Shown one piece after another: positions 14,267 through 23,717 of a DNA stretch of 64,000 nt; position 1 is the stretch's first letter; each line of letters begins with the position of its first letter. The stretch comes from a plasmid. Under the pieces are notes generated by a model. The model saw only the letters and a program-made list of their open reading frames with translations, searched no databases and had not been told where the DNA came from. The translations under genes and the position numbers were made by a program. Location: sequence record OW969666.1; one strand, given 5' to 3'.

Positions 14267-15079
14267 GTGCTGGATGTTCATCCCAGTGGTTTTTACGCCT
14301 GGCTTCAGCAGCCGCATTCACAACGCCATCAGGCAGACCTGAGACTGACAGGACAGATTAAACAGTTCTGGCTGGAATCGGGATGCGTCTATGGTTATCG
14401 CAAAATCCATCTGGATCTGCGTGACAGCGGGCAACAGTGCGGAGTAAACAGAGTCTGGAGACTGATGAAACGTGTCGGAATAAAGGCTCAGGTCGGATAC
14501 CGAAGCCCGCGGGCACGTAAAGGCGAGGCCAGTATCGTGTCACCCAACAGGCTCCAGCGACAGTTCAATCCGGATGCTCCTGATGAGCGTTGGGTAACGG
14601 ACATAACCTACATCAGGACCCACGAAGGCTGGCTGTATCTTGCCGTTGTTGTTGATCTGTTCTCACGCAAAATTATCGGCTGGTCCATGCAATCCCGGAT
14701 GACAAAGGACATTGTCCTGAACGCACTGCTGATGGCTGTATGGCGGCGTAATCCCGAAAAACAGGTGCTGGTTCATTCGGATCAGGGCAGTCAGTACACA
14801 AGCCATGAGTGGCAGTCGTTCCTGAAATCACACGGCCTGGAGGGTAGCATGAGCCGTCGCGGTAACTGCCATGATAATGCGGTTGCAGAAAGTTTTTTCC
14901 AGTTGTTGAAACGTGAACGGATAAAGAAAAAGATCTACGGAACGCGGGAAGAAGCCCGCAGTGATATTTTTGATTACATCGAAATGTTTTATAACAGTAA
15001 GCGTCGGCATGGTTCTAGCGAACAGATGTCACCGACAGAATATGAAAACCAGTATTATCAACGGCTCGGAAGTGTCTAG
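14267..15079 (+). CDS. IS3-family transposase OrfB (DDE). Probably expressed as an OrfAB fusion by -1 frameshifting upstream of 14267.
   Basis: [20 protein letters not shown] and NCHDNAVAESFF motifs. Confidence 0.8.
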   Translation: MLDVHPSGFYAWLQQPHSQRHQADLRLTGQIKQFWLESGCVYGYRKIHLDLRDSGQQCGVNRVWRLMKRVGIKAQVGYRSPRARKGEASIVSPNRLQRQFNPDAPDERWVTDITYIRTHEGWLYLAVVVDLFSRKIIGWSMQSRMTKDIVLNALLMAVWRRNPEKQVLVHSDQGSQYTSHEWQSFLKSHGLEGSMSRRGNCHDNAVAESFFQLLKRERIKKKIYGTREEARSDIFDYIEMFYNSKRRHGSSEQMSPTEYENQYYQRLGSV

Positions 15080-15135
15080 ATTATCCGTGGCGATTCAGAC
15101 TGTATGTAAACACAGTATTGCAAGGACGCGGAACA

Positions 15136-15539
15136 TGCCTCATGTGGCGGCCAGGACGGCCAGCCGGGATCGGGATACTGGTCGTTACCAGAGCCACCGA
15201 CCCGAGCAAACCCTTCTCTATCAGATCGTTGACGAGTATTACCCGGCATTCGCTGCGCTTATGGCAGAGCAGGGAAAGGAATTGCCGGGCTATGTGCAAC
15301 GGGAATTTGAAGAATTTCTCCAATGCGGGCGGCTGGAGCATGGCTTTCTACGGGTTCGCTGCGAGTCTTGCCACGCCGAGCACCTGGTCGCTTTCAGCTG
15401 TAAGCGTCGCGGTTTCTGCCCGAGCTGTGGGGCGCGGCGGATGGCCGAAAGTGCCGCCTTGCTGGTTGATGAAGTACTGCCTGAACAACCCATGCGTCAG
15501 TGGGTGTTGAGCTTCCCGTTTCAGCTGCGTTTCCTGTTT
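15136..15539 (+). pseudogene. IS91-family (ISCR-like) rolling-circle transposase, N-terminal 134 codons only. Truncated exactly at a Tn5393-type IR.
   Basis: Zinc-binding N-terminus GRLEHGFLRVRCESCHAEHLVAFSCKRRGFCPSCGARRMAESAALLVDEVLPEQPMRQWVLSFPFQLRFLFG is typical of IS91/IS1294-type transposases. The frame then enters the GGGGTCGTTTGCGGGAAGGGG IR. Confidence 0.65.
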
Positions 15540-15620
15540 GGGGTCGTTTGCGGGAAGGGGCGGAATCCTACGCTAAGGCTTTGGCCAGCGATATTCTCCG
15601 GTGAGATTGATGTGTTCCCA
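15540..15620 (-). repeat. Tn5393-type (Tn3-family) terminal inverted-repeat remnant downstream of strB, as retained in RSF1010-derived sul2-strA-strB segments.
   Basis: GGGGTCGTTTGCGGGAAGGGGCGGAATCCTACGCTAAGG has the GGGG...TAAG Tn3-family IR architecture and abuts the strB 3' end. Confidence 0.55.
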
Positions 15621-15645
15621 GGGGATAGGAGAAGTCGCTTGATAT

Positions 15646-16482
15646 CTAGTATGACGTCTGTCGCACCTGCTTGATCGCGGCCGCGATAGCTAGATCGCGT
15701 TGCTCCTCTTCTCCATCCGCGTTCCAAGCTGCGGAAAGGCACCCATAAGCGTACGCCTGGTCGAGCAGGCGACGCGGATCGACGTCCAGCGCACGAGAGA
15801 ATGCGTCCGCCATCTGTGCAATGCGTCTAGGATCGAGACAAAGGTCGTCTCTGTCAGCCGGATCGTAGAACATATTGGCGGCGCCAAAGCCCACTTCACC
15901 GACCAGACCGACGGGATCTATCACCAGCCAGCCGCGACTGGAGAACATGATGTTTTCATGATGCAGATCGCCATGTAGCCCACGCAGTTCCGAGGCATTG
16001 CTCATCATTTGATCGGCTATAATCGCCGCGTGGACGTAGTCAGTTTGACAACCTGCGTTTTGATCATCGCGCGCCCGCTGAAACAAAGCTGCAAAGCGAT
16101 CCCGGATCGGGAGAAGGGCAGAAGGCAGGGGTTCCTCAGATGCGGCATACAGCTTCGCCATTAGTTCCGCTGCAATTTCGGTCGCCTGGTAGTCGCCGTG
16201 CTCGGCAACGATGTGAGAGAGCATTCGCTCCCCGGCATATTCGAGCAACATCAGATTGTTCTCACGACCGAGCAACCGGACTGCTCCCCTCCCATTGCGC
16301 CATACCAGATAGTCGGCCCCGCGCAGTTCATCAGCAATGTCTTCTATAGGTTTCAATCCCTTGACGATTGCAGGAGTCCCGTCTGGCAATGAAACTTTCC
16401 AAACGAGGCTGGAAAAGGTGTCCGCAATGAGAACAGGTTGCGAAACGTGCCAATGAGCAGGAAAAACAGGCGGCATGAACAT
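15646..16482 (-). CDS. aph(6)-Id: Aminoglycoside 6-phosphotransferase APH(6)-Id (StrB), 278 aa.
   Basis: MFMPPVFPAHWHVSQPVLIADTFSSLVWKVSLPDGTPAIVKGLKPIEDIADELRGADYLVWRNGRGAVRLL... Start overlaps the strA stop (ATGA). Confidence 0.95.
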   Translation of the reverse strand: MFMPPVFPAHWHVSQPVLIADTFSSLVWKVSLPDGTPAIVKGLKPIEDIADELRGADYLVWRNGRGAVRLLGRENNLMLLEYAGERMLSHIVAEHGDYQATEIAAELMAKLYAASEEPLPSALLPIRDRFAALFQRARDDQNAGCQTDYVHAAIIADQMMSNASELRGLHGDLHHENIMFSSRGWLVIDPVGLVGEVGFGAANMFYDPADRDDLCLDPRRIAQMADAFSRALDVDPRRLLDQAYAYGCLSAAWNADGEEEQRDLAIAAAIKQVRQTSY

Positions 16483-17285
16483 CAACCCCAAGTCAGAGGG
16501 TCCAATCGCAGATAGAAGGCAAGGCGTTCGCGGTCGGGGGCTTCGATCCCCAATACATTGAATAGGACAGCGAAGGCGCGCTCTGCTTCATCTGGCGCTG
16601 CCCAGTTCTCTTCGGCGTTAGCAATCATGAGTGCCAAATCGGCATAGCGATCTGCTGTTCCGAGCCGCCCAAGGTCGATCAGACCCGTGCATTGAAGAGT
16701 TTTAGGGTCCACCATGAAGTTCGGCATGCAGGGATCACCATGGCAAACAACCATATCGGTGCGCTCTTGGTCGAGCCGCACCGGTAGCTCTCGTTCGACA
16801 CGAGCCAAAAGATCGAGCTGCGGCGTACTCTTGTCCTCGTCCGGTAAGAAGTCGGGATTGACGGCATTGCGGGACACCACATCAACGGCGCGTCCGAACA
16901 TTCGCGACAGCCTGCGCTCAAACGGACATTGATCAACCGATAGGCTGTGAACAGCGCCAAGTTGCTGCCCCATTGACGGCCACGCTTTGAGCAAATCCGC
17001 TCCAGACAGATCAGCCGCCGGTACTCCCGGAATTGCCGTTATCACCAAGCATGCACCCTCCTGTTCCTCCTGCCAGTTGATGACCTCGGGGCAAGCCACA
17101 CCTCGACCTTTGAGCCAAATGAGGCGGTCACGCTCTCCAGCGAGCTCACCGCGGCGGGAAGCAGGTGCGATTTTCGCGAAGGCATGCCCGTCACCACGTC
17201 GAAAAACAAAATCACCAGATTCTCCGCCTCTGACAGGCAACCAGTCAGAATGCGATTCACCAAAAAAAATATTAGTTCGATTCAA
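16482..17285 (-). CDS. aph(3'')-Ib: Aminoglycoside 3''-phosphotransferase APH(3'')-Ib (StrA), 267 aa.
   Basis: MNRTNIFFGESHSDWLPVRGGESGDFVFRRGDGHAFAKIAPASRRGELAGERDRLIWLKGRGV... Confidence 0.95.
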   Translation of the reverse strand: MNRTNIFFGESHSDWLPVRGGESGDFVFRRGDGHAFAKIAPASRRGELAGERDRLIWLKGRGVACPEVINWQEEQEGACLVITAIPGVPAADLSGADLLKAWPSMGQQLGAVHSLSVDQCPFERRLSRMFGRAVDVVSRNAVNPDFLPDEDKSTPQLDLLARVERELPVRLDQERTDMVVCHGDPCMPNFMVDPKTLQCTGLIDLGRLGTADRYADLALMIANAEENWAAPDEAERAFAVLFNVLGIEAPDRERLAFYLRLDPLTWG

Positions 17286-17345
17286 TGGAGGTTCCTTCAG
17301 TTTTCTGATGAAGCGCGAATATAGAGAAATATCCCGAATGTGCAG

Positions 17346-18161
17346 TTAACGAATTCTTGCGGTTTCTTTCAGCGCCGCCAATACCGCCAGCCCGTCGCGC
17401 AAGGGGCGCGGCTCGTGTGTGCGGATGAAGTCAGCTCCACCTGCGGCGGCGGCAAGCTCTGCAGCGAGTGTCGCGGCCCCGACATCCCCCGGACCACGGC
17501 CTGTGAGCGCGCGCAGAAAGGATTTGCGCGAAACAGACAGAAGCACCGGCAAATCGAAGCGCAGCCGCAATTCATCGAACCGCGCCAGCACCGAGAGCGA
17601 GGTTTCGGGAGCAGCCCCCAGAAAAAACCCCATGCCGGGATCAAGGACAAGGCGGTTGCGTTTGATACCGGCACCCGTCAGCGCCGCGATGCGCGCGTCA
17701 AAGAACGCCGCAATGTGATCCATGATGTCGCCAGCGGGTGCCTCGCGCCGATCTGCCTGCCCGTCTTGCACCGAATGCATAACGACGAGTTTGGCAGATG
17801 ATTTCGCCAATTGCGGATAGAACGCAGCGTCTGGAAAACCGCGAATATCATTGAGATAGGCCACACCACGCGACAAGGCATAGGCTTGCGTCGCGGGTTG
17901 ATAACTGTCGAGCGAGACGGGAATGCCATCTGCCTTGAGCGCGTCCAGCACCGGCGCGATACGCGCGATTTCTGTGTCGGACGAAACAGGCGCGGCGTCG
18001 GGATTGCTGGATGCCGGACCGAGGTCGATCACATCTGCCCCCTCGGCCATCAGCTTACGCGCCTGCGCAATGGCTGCGTCTGGCGCCAGATACCGGCCTC
18101 CATCGGAGAAACTGTCCGAGGTTATGTTGACGATGCCGAAAATGATGAGCGATTTATTCAT
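17346..18161 (-). CDS. sul2: Sulfonamide-resistant dihydropteroate synthase Sul2 (271 aa).
   Basis: MNKSLIIFGIVNITSDSFSDGGRYLAPDAAIAQARKLMAEGADVIDLGPASSNPDAAPVSSDTEIARIAPV... Confidence 0.95.
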   Translation of the reverse strand: MNKSLIIFGIVNITSDSFSDGGRYLAPDAAIAQARKLMAEGADVIDLGPASSNPDAAPVSSDTEIARIAPVLDALKADGIPVSLDSYQPATQAYALSRGVAYLNDIRGFPDAAFYPQLAKSSAKLVVMHSVQDGQADRREAPAGDIMDHIAAFFDARIAALTGAGIKRNRLVLDPGMGFFLGAAPETSLSVLARFDELRLRFDLPVLLSVSRKSFLRALTGRGPGDVGAATLAAELAAAAGGADFIRTHEPRPLRDGLAVLAALKETARIR

Positions 18162-18489
18162 GGGGGCTTCTATAATAATAATAATCGAGCATGAGTCTCA
18201 TACGGATGCTCGGGTCGAAAGGGAATCCCCAGGCGAGTAACCTGTTTGCGGTGCTCCATTAGCTGCAGGAGCAGAATAGCATACATCTGGAAGCAAAGCC
18301 AGGAAAGCGGCCTATGGAGCTGTGCGGCAGCGCTCAGTAGGCAATTTTTCAAAATATTGTTAAGCCTTTTCTGAGCATGGTATTTTTCATGGTATTACCA
18401 ATTAGCAGGAAAATAAGCCATTGAATATAAAAGATAAAAATGTCTTGTTTACAATAGAGTGGGATCGGAGACGAAGAAGGACAAGGTAC

Positions 18490-18570
18490 ATGCTGACCGA
18501 TACCAAGCTGCGCAATCTCAAGCCCAGGGACAAACTCTACAAAGTGAATGACCGGGAAGGTCTCTATGTG
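18490..18570 (+). pseudogene. 5' fragment (27 codons) of a P4-type tyrosine integrase gene, interrupted by a Tn21-family inverted repeat.
   Basis: MLTDTKLRNLKPRDKLYKVNDREGLYV resembles the arm-binding N-terminus of P4-like integrases (MxLTDxKIRxAKP...GLYL). The frame is broken at the GGGG of the IR. Confidence 0.35.
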
Positions 18571-18592
18571 GGGGTCGCCTCAGAAAACGGAA
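18571..18592 (+). repeat. Outer 20-22 bp of a Tn21-family 38-bp inverted repeat (GGGGTCGCCTCAGAAAACGGAA). It is split from its inner part at 19920-19935 by an IS5075-like insertion.
   Basis: Matches Tn21 IR GGGGTCGTCTCAGAAAACGGAAAATAAAGCACGCTAAG with one mismatch. The inner part AATAAAGCACGCTAAG is found at 19920-19935, immediately before the tnpA stop. Confidence 0.6.
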
Positions 18593-19919
18593 TCTATGGT
18601 CACTCCCGTTTTTGCAACACCGATTTTGACGACAAGTTGGCTTGCTTGAATCTATCCGGCGTCTGAATGGGATTTTATTCCCGCGCCTCGATGAGTTCCG
18701 CGCCTGATGAACCTCCAGAAAATATACGGCTTCAATGAGCCTTTCCGTTTTACAGGTTCCTCAACAGGCCGGTGGGCCGTTAGTATCATCAATATCAGTA
18801 TTCGCAAAACCAGATGAATGATTGTTTAAACTGGTGTATTTCTGCCTTTATGCTTCGTAAGTTTGCTGTCGCGCCGTCAGTGCCCAGGCTATTCTGGCCA
18901 GCTTGTTTGCCAGAGCACAGGTGACGACAAAGTTGCTTTTCCGACACAACAACTCCCTGACCCAGTCGGCCAACTTGCCAGACTGGTGTTCCAGTTTTTG
19001 TATGAATACCCTGGCACACTGAACCAACAAAGTTCGGATCTTTTTGTTGCCCCGCTTGCTAATCCCTAACAATGTCGTCCGACCTCCCGTGCTGTACTGT
19101 CGGGGTACCAGCCCTGTTGCCGCCGCAAAGTCACGGCTGCTGGCGTACTGCTTCCCGTCGCCAATCTCAGTTGAAATAGTACTGGCAGTCAGCGTTCCAA
19201 CGCAGGGAATACTCAGCAAGCGCTGTCCAACCTCATCTTCGTCCAACTTTCGTTTCAACTGAGATTCCAGATCTTTAATCTGCTCAACAAGATAGTGATA
19301 ATGCTGTTGTAATTTCAGCAGTAACTGGCTGAGATAAAGAGGCAAACTACTGTCCTCAAGAAGGGTACTCAGTCGACTAATAACGGCAGCACCTCGCGGA
19401 ACGCTGATACCAAATTCCAGCAGAAAAGCATGCATCTGATTAGTTGTTTTCACCTTATCCTGAACCAGGGATTCACGGACACGATGCAGAGCTCGCATTG
19501 CCTGCTGAGATTCGGTTCTGGGCTGCACGAAACGCATAGATGGACGTGATGCTGCTTCACAGATAGCTTCAGCATCAACGAAGTCATTTTTGTTGCTTTT
19601 AACGAATGGGCGGACAAATTGCGGTGATATCAGCTTTGGAAAATGCCCTAACTCTTCCAGCTTGCGTGCCATAAAGTGAGAACCGCCACAGGCTTCCATC
19701 GCGATGGTTGTTGCCGGGCATGTCGCCAGAAATTCGATTAGCTTTGGTCGGGTGAATTTTTTACGGTAAACGGCCTTCCCACGATGATCCTGACAATGAA
19801 TATGGAAAGAGTTCTTACCCAGATCGATACCAATAAGCGCAATGTTTTCCATGATGGTTCTCCGAATGAAAGCCTGTCCTCAGCATAGTACTGGGAAGGA
19901 GGGAGTGACCATCTCATTA
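18593..19919 (-). mobile_element. IS5075: IS5075/IS4321-like element (IS110 family, IS1111 group), about 1327 bp. Inserted in the terminal IR of a Tn21-family transposon. Ends are approximate.
   Basis: 334-aa IS110-family transposase MENIALIGIDLGKNSFHIH... Location inside a Tn21-type 38-bp IR is the known target specificity of IS4321/IS5075. Confidence 0.8.
18848..19852 (-). CDS. tnp: IS110-family transposase (IS5075/IS4321-type), 334 aa.
   Basis: N-terminal RuvC-like DEDD region (GIDLGKNSFHIH...ACGGSHF) and C-terminal helix-hairpin domain. Confidence 0.85.
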   Translation of the reverse strand: MENIALIGIDLGKNSFHIHCQDHRGKAVYRKKFTRPKLIEFLATCPATTIAMEACGGSHFMARKLEELGHFPKLISPQFVRPFVKSNKNDFVDAEAICEAASRPSMRFVQPRTESQQAMRALHRVRESLVQDKVKTTNQMHAFLLEFGISVPRGAAVISRLSTLLEDSSLPLYLSQLLLKLQQHYHYLVEQIKDLESQLKRKLDEDEVGQRLLSIPCVGTLTASTISTEIGDGKQYASSRDFAAATGLVPRQYSTGGRTTLLGISKRGNKKIRTLLVQCARVFIQKLEHQSGKLADWVRELLCRKSNFVVTCALANKLARIAWALTARQQTYEA

Positions 19920-19930
19920 AATAAAGCACG

Positions 19931-21696
19931 CTAAGCCGGTTGCAGCGGTCGTAGCGGCCTGAACTTGCCCGCGCCGATCTTGGCGCTGCTGCGCCAGAGG
20001 TAATCGCCGGTGAGGTTGATGTGCTCCCAACCGAGCGGCGACAGGTACTGCAACAGCGCGTCATCAACGGCATGGCCGTTGCCACGCAGCGCGTGCGCAG
20101 CCCGTTCCAGATAGACCGTGTTCCACAACACGACGGCAGCCGTTACCAGATTGAGGCCGCTAGCCCGGTAGCGCTGCTGCTCGAAACTGCGGTCGCGGAT
20201 TTCACCCAGGCGGTTGAAAAACACTGCCCTGGCCAGCGCATTGCGCGCCTCGCCCTTGTTCAGGCCGGCATGCACGCGGCGGCGCAGTTCCACGCTTTGC
20301 AGCCAGTCCAGGATGAACAGCGTGCGCTCGATGCGGCCCAGCTCGCGGAGCGCCACGGCCAGGCCGTTCTGGCGTGGGTAGCTGCCGAGCTTTCGGAGCA
20401 TCAGGGAGGCCGTCACCGTGCCCTGCTTGATCGAGGTGGCCAGCCGCAGGATTTCGTCCCAATGGGCGCGGACGTGCTTGATGTTGAGCGTGCCGCCGAT
20501 CATGGGTTTCAGCGCGTCATAGGCGGCGTCGCCCTTCGGGATGTAGAGCTTGGTGTCGCCCAGGTCGCGGATGCGCGGCGCGAAGCGGAAGCCCAGGAGG
20601 TGCATCAGGGCGAAGACGTGATCGGTGAAGCCCGCCGTGTCGGTGTAATGCTCCTCGATCCGCAAGTCGGACTCGTGGTACAGCAGGCCGTCGAGCACGT
20701 AGGTCGAATCGCGCACGCCGACGTTCACGACCTTGGTGTGAAATGGCGCGTACTGGTCAGAAATGTGGGTGTAGAACGTCCGCCCTGGGCTGCTCCCGTA
20801 TTTCGGGTTGATGTGGCCGGTGCTCTCGGCCTTGCTGCCGGTGCGGAAGTTCTGGCCGTCCGACGATGAGGTGGTGCCGTCGCCCCAGTGCTCGGCGAAG
20901 GGATGGCGGAACTGTGCGTTGACCAGATCGGCCAGCGCCGCCCCGTAGGTTTCGTCGCGGATGTGCCAGGCTTGCAGCCAAGCCAGCTTGGCGTAGGTCG
21001 TGCCGGGGCAAGACTCCGCCATCTTGGTCAGGCCCAGGTTGATCGCGTCGGCGAGGATCGTGGTCAGCAACAGGTTCTTGTCTTTGGCCGGGTCGCCCGA
21101 TTTCAGATGCGCGAAATGCCGAGTGAAGCCCGTCCATTCGTCCACCTCCAGCAGCAGTTCGGTGATCTTGACGTGCGGCAGGATCATTGCCGTCTGGTCG
21201 ATCAGCGCTTGGGCGGTGTCGGGTACCGCCGCGTCGAGCGGCGTGATCTTCAAGCCTGACTCGGTGATGATGGCGTCCGGCAGCTCGTTGGCCGTCGCCA
21301 TACGGTTGACGGTGGCAAGCTGTGTTTCCAGCAGCGTCAGCCGGTCGTTCAGGTACCGGTTGCAGTCGGTGGCCACGGCCAGCGGCAATTCGCTGGCCTG
21401 CTTGAGGCTGGCGAATTTCGCGGGCGGCACCAGGTAGTCCTCGAAGTCCTTGAACTGGCGCGACCCCTGCACCCAGATGTCGCCGGAACGCAACGCGTTC
21501 TTCATCTCCGACAGCGCGCACAGTTCGTAGTAGCGCCGGTCGATGCCGGTGTCGGTCATGACCAGCTTCTGCCAGCGCGGCTTGATGAACTCGGTCGGCG
21601 CGTCGGCGGGCACCTTGCGGGCGTTGTCGCTGTTCATGCCGCGCAGCACCTCGATGGCGTCGAGCACGTCCTTCGCGGCGGGAGCGGCCCGCAGCT
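19931..21696 (-). pseudogene. tnpA: Tn21-family transposase TnpA, C-terminal 588 codons. 5'-truncated by IS26 copy 3. The stop codon lies inside the IR.
   Basis: ...[25 protein letters not shown]. Stop TAG sits within CTTAGCGTGCTTTATT of the Tn21 IR. The upstream frame runs into the IS26 IR. Confidence 0.88.
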
Positions 21697-22516
21697 GGCA
21701 CTGTTGCAAAGTTAGCGATGAGGCAGCCTTTTGTCTTATTCAAAGGCCTTACATTTCAAAAACTCTGCTTACCAGGCGCATTTCGCCCAGGGGATCACCA
21801 TAATAAAATGCTGAGGCCTGGCCTTTGCGTAGTGCACGCATCACCTCAATACCTTTGATGGTGGCGTAAGCCGTCTTCATGGATTTAAATCCCAGCGTGG
21901 CGCCGATTATCCGTTTCAGTTTGCCATGATCGCATTCAATCACGTTGTTCCGGTACTTAATCTGTCGGTGTTCAACGTCAGACGGGCACCGGCCTTCGCG
22001 TTTGAGCAGAGCAAGCGCGCGACCATAGGCGGGCGCTTTATCCGTGTTGATGAATCGCGGGATCTGCCACTTCTTCACGTTGTTGAGGATTTTACCCAGA
22101 AACCGGTATGCAGCTTTGCTGTTACGACGGGAGGAGAGATAAAAATCGACAGTGCGGCCCCGGCTGTCGACGGCCCGGTACAGATACGCCCAGCGGCCAT
22201 TGACCTTCACGTAGGTTTCATCCATGTGCCACGGGCAAAGATCGGAAGGGTTACGCCAGTACCAGCGCAGCCGTTTTTCCATTTCAGGCGCATAACGCTG
22301 AACCCAGCGGTAAATCGTGGAGTGATCGACATTCACTCCGCGTTCAGCCAGCATCTCCTGCAGCTCACGGTAACTGATGCCGTATTTGCAGTACCAGCGT
22401 ACGGCCCACAGAATGATGTCACGCTGAAAATGCCGGCCTTTGAATGGGTTCATGTGCAGCTCCATCAGCAAAAGGGGATGATAAGTTTATCACCACCGAC
22501 TATTTGCAACAGTGCC
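21697..22516 (-). mobile_element. IS26: IS26 copy 3, complete at 820 bp.
   Basis: Identical sequence and IRs. Coordinates set from the tnpA ORF offset. Confidence 0.95.
21749..22453 (-). CDS. tnpA26: IS26 transposase Tnp26.
   Basis: Identical 234-aa protein. Confidence 0.97.
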   Translation of the reverse strand: MNPFKGRHFQRDIILWAVRWYCKYGISYRELQEMLAERGVNVDHSTIYRWVQRYAPEMEKRLRWYWRNPSDLCPWHMDETYVKVNGRWAYLYRAVDSRGRTVDFYLSSRRNSKAAYRFLGKILNNVKKWQIPRFINTDKAPAYGRALALLKREGRCPSDVEHRQIKYRNNVIECDHGKLKRIIGATLGFKSMKTAYATIKGIEVMRALRKGQASAFYYGDPLGEMRLVSRVFEM

Positions 22517-22532
22517 CTGTTTAGAGTACTAT

Positions 22533-23033
22533 ATGCGCCTGCAACAGTGGGCCACCGAAAATATTAAAAAACTGCTTTATCTCGCGGGGGATGACGCGGT
22601 GATTAATTACGGGAAAATGCGGCTGGAATTTTTGCAGAAAGCACTGGCGCAGGATACCTCCGGTGACTTCTGCTTTCGTGTGCTGCATCCGGAAGTGTCT
22701 GGCCCGCCGGATATGAAAAAGGCTTCCGCCGGGTACCGTGACTTTATTATCGGTAACAGAGCGTTGCTGGATCTGGTGAATTCAGCCGGTGAAGGGGCTC
22801 CGGTTGCGCATTATTCCGCTGATGAAATTCAGTCATTATTTTCGGCACAAATACAGGGGTCGGTGGATAAATACGGCGATAGTTTCCTGACGGATGATCC
22901 GTATGTGCTGGCGGAAGACAAGCTGCAAACCTGTCAGATGGAAATTGATTTAATGGCGGATGTGCTGAGAGCACCGCCCCGTGAATCCGCAGAACTGATC
23001 CGCTATGTATTTGCGGATGAGTGGCCGGAATAA
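22533..23033 (+). CDS. Hypothetical protein. Probably a 5'-truncated remnant of the gene upstream of catA2, because the open frame begins inside IS26.
   Basis: ORF 22512-23033 opens within the IS26 IR. First internal Met is at 22533. No recognisable motifs. Confidence 0.35.
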   Translation: MRLQQWATENIKKLLYLAGDDAVINYGKMRLEFLQKALAQDTSGDFCFRVLHPEVSGPPDMKKASAGYRDFIIGNRALLDLVNSAGEGAPVAHYSADEIQSLFSAQIQGSVDKYGDSFLTDDPYVLAEDKLQTCQMEIDLMADVLRAPPRESAELIRYVFADEWPE

Positions 23034-23182
23034 ATAAAACCGGGCTTAATACAGATTAAGCCCGTATCGGGTATTATTACTGAATACCAGACAGCTTACG
23101 GAGGACGGAATGTTACCCATTGAGACAACCAGACTGCCTTCTGATTATTAATATTTTTCACTATTAATCAGAAGGAATAACC

Positions 23183-23717
23183 ATGAATTTTACCCGGATT
23201 GACCTGAATACCTGGAATCGCAGGGAACATTTTGCCCTTTATCGTCAGCAGATTAAATGCGGATTCAGCCTGACCACCAAACTCGATATTACCGCTTTGC
23301 GTACTGCACTGGCGAAAACCGGTTATAAGTTTTATCCGCTGATGATTTACCTGATCTCCCGGGCTGTTAATCAGTTTCCGGAGTTCCGGATGGCAATGAA
23401 AGATAATGAACTGATTTACTGGGAACAGTCAGACCCGGTCTTTACTGTCTTTCATAAAGAAACCGAAACATTCTCCGCACTGTCCTGCCGTTATTTTCCG
23501 GATCTCAGTGAGTTTATGGCGGGTTATAACGCGGTAACAGCAGAATATCAGCATGATACCAGGTTGTTTCCGCAGGGAAATTTACCGGAGAATCACCTGA
23601 ATATATCATCGTTACCCTGGGTGAGTTTTGACGGATTTAATCTGAATATCACCGGAAATGATGATTATTTTTCCCCGGTTTTTACAATGGCAAAGTTTCA
23701 GCAGGAAGGTGACCGCG
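23183..23717 (+). pseudogene. catA2: Chloramphenicol acetyltransferase CatA2-type, 3'-truncated by IS26 copy 4. 178 of about 213 codons remain.
   Basis: MNFTRIDLNTWNRREHFALYRQQIKCGFSLTTKLDITALRTALAKTGYKFYPLMIYLISRAVNQFPEFRMAMKDNELIYW... is type A CAT. It lacks the C-terminal catalytic His region. The frame enters the IS26 IR at 23718. Confidence 0.85.

Larger units (their letters stand above)
13869..15097 (+). mobile_element. Intact IS3-family insertion sequence, 1229 bp. Possibly IS1133-like. Has 12-bp terminal IRs TGAATCGCCACG and a 3-bp target duplication GAC.
   Basis: TGAATCGCCACG at 13869-13880. Its reverse complement CGTGGCGATTCA at 15086-15097. GAC at 13866-13868 and at 15098-15100. 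orfA/orfB frameshift architecture. Confidence 0.8.

Noticed and set aside
20021-21743. Long ORFs (282 aa and 328 aa) on the strand opposite the Tn21-family tnpA.
   Set aside because: The region is high-GC tnpA coding sequence, and long antisense ORFs arise from codon bias. The 328-aa one starts inside the IS26 IR (the IS26 readout ORF). No independent support.
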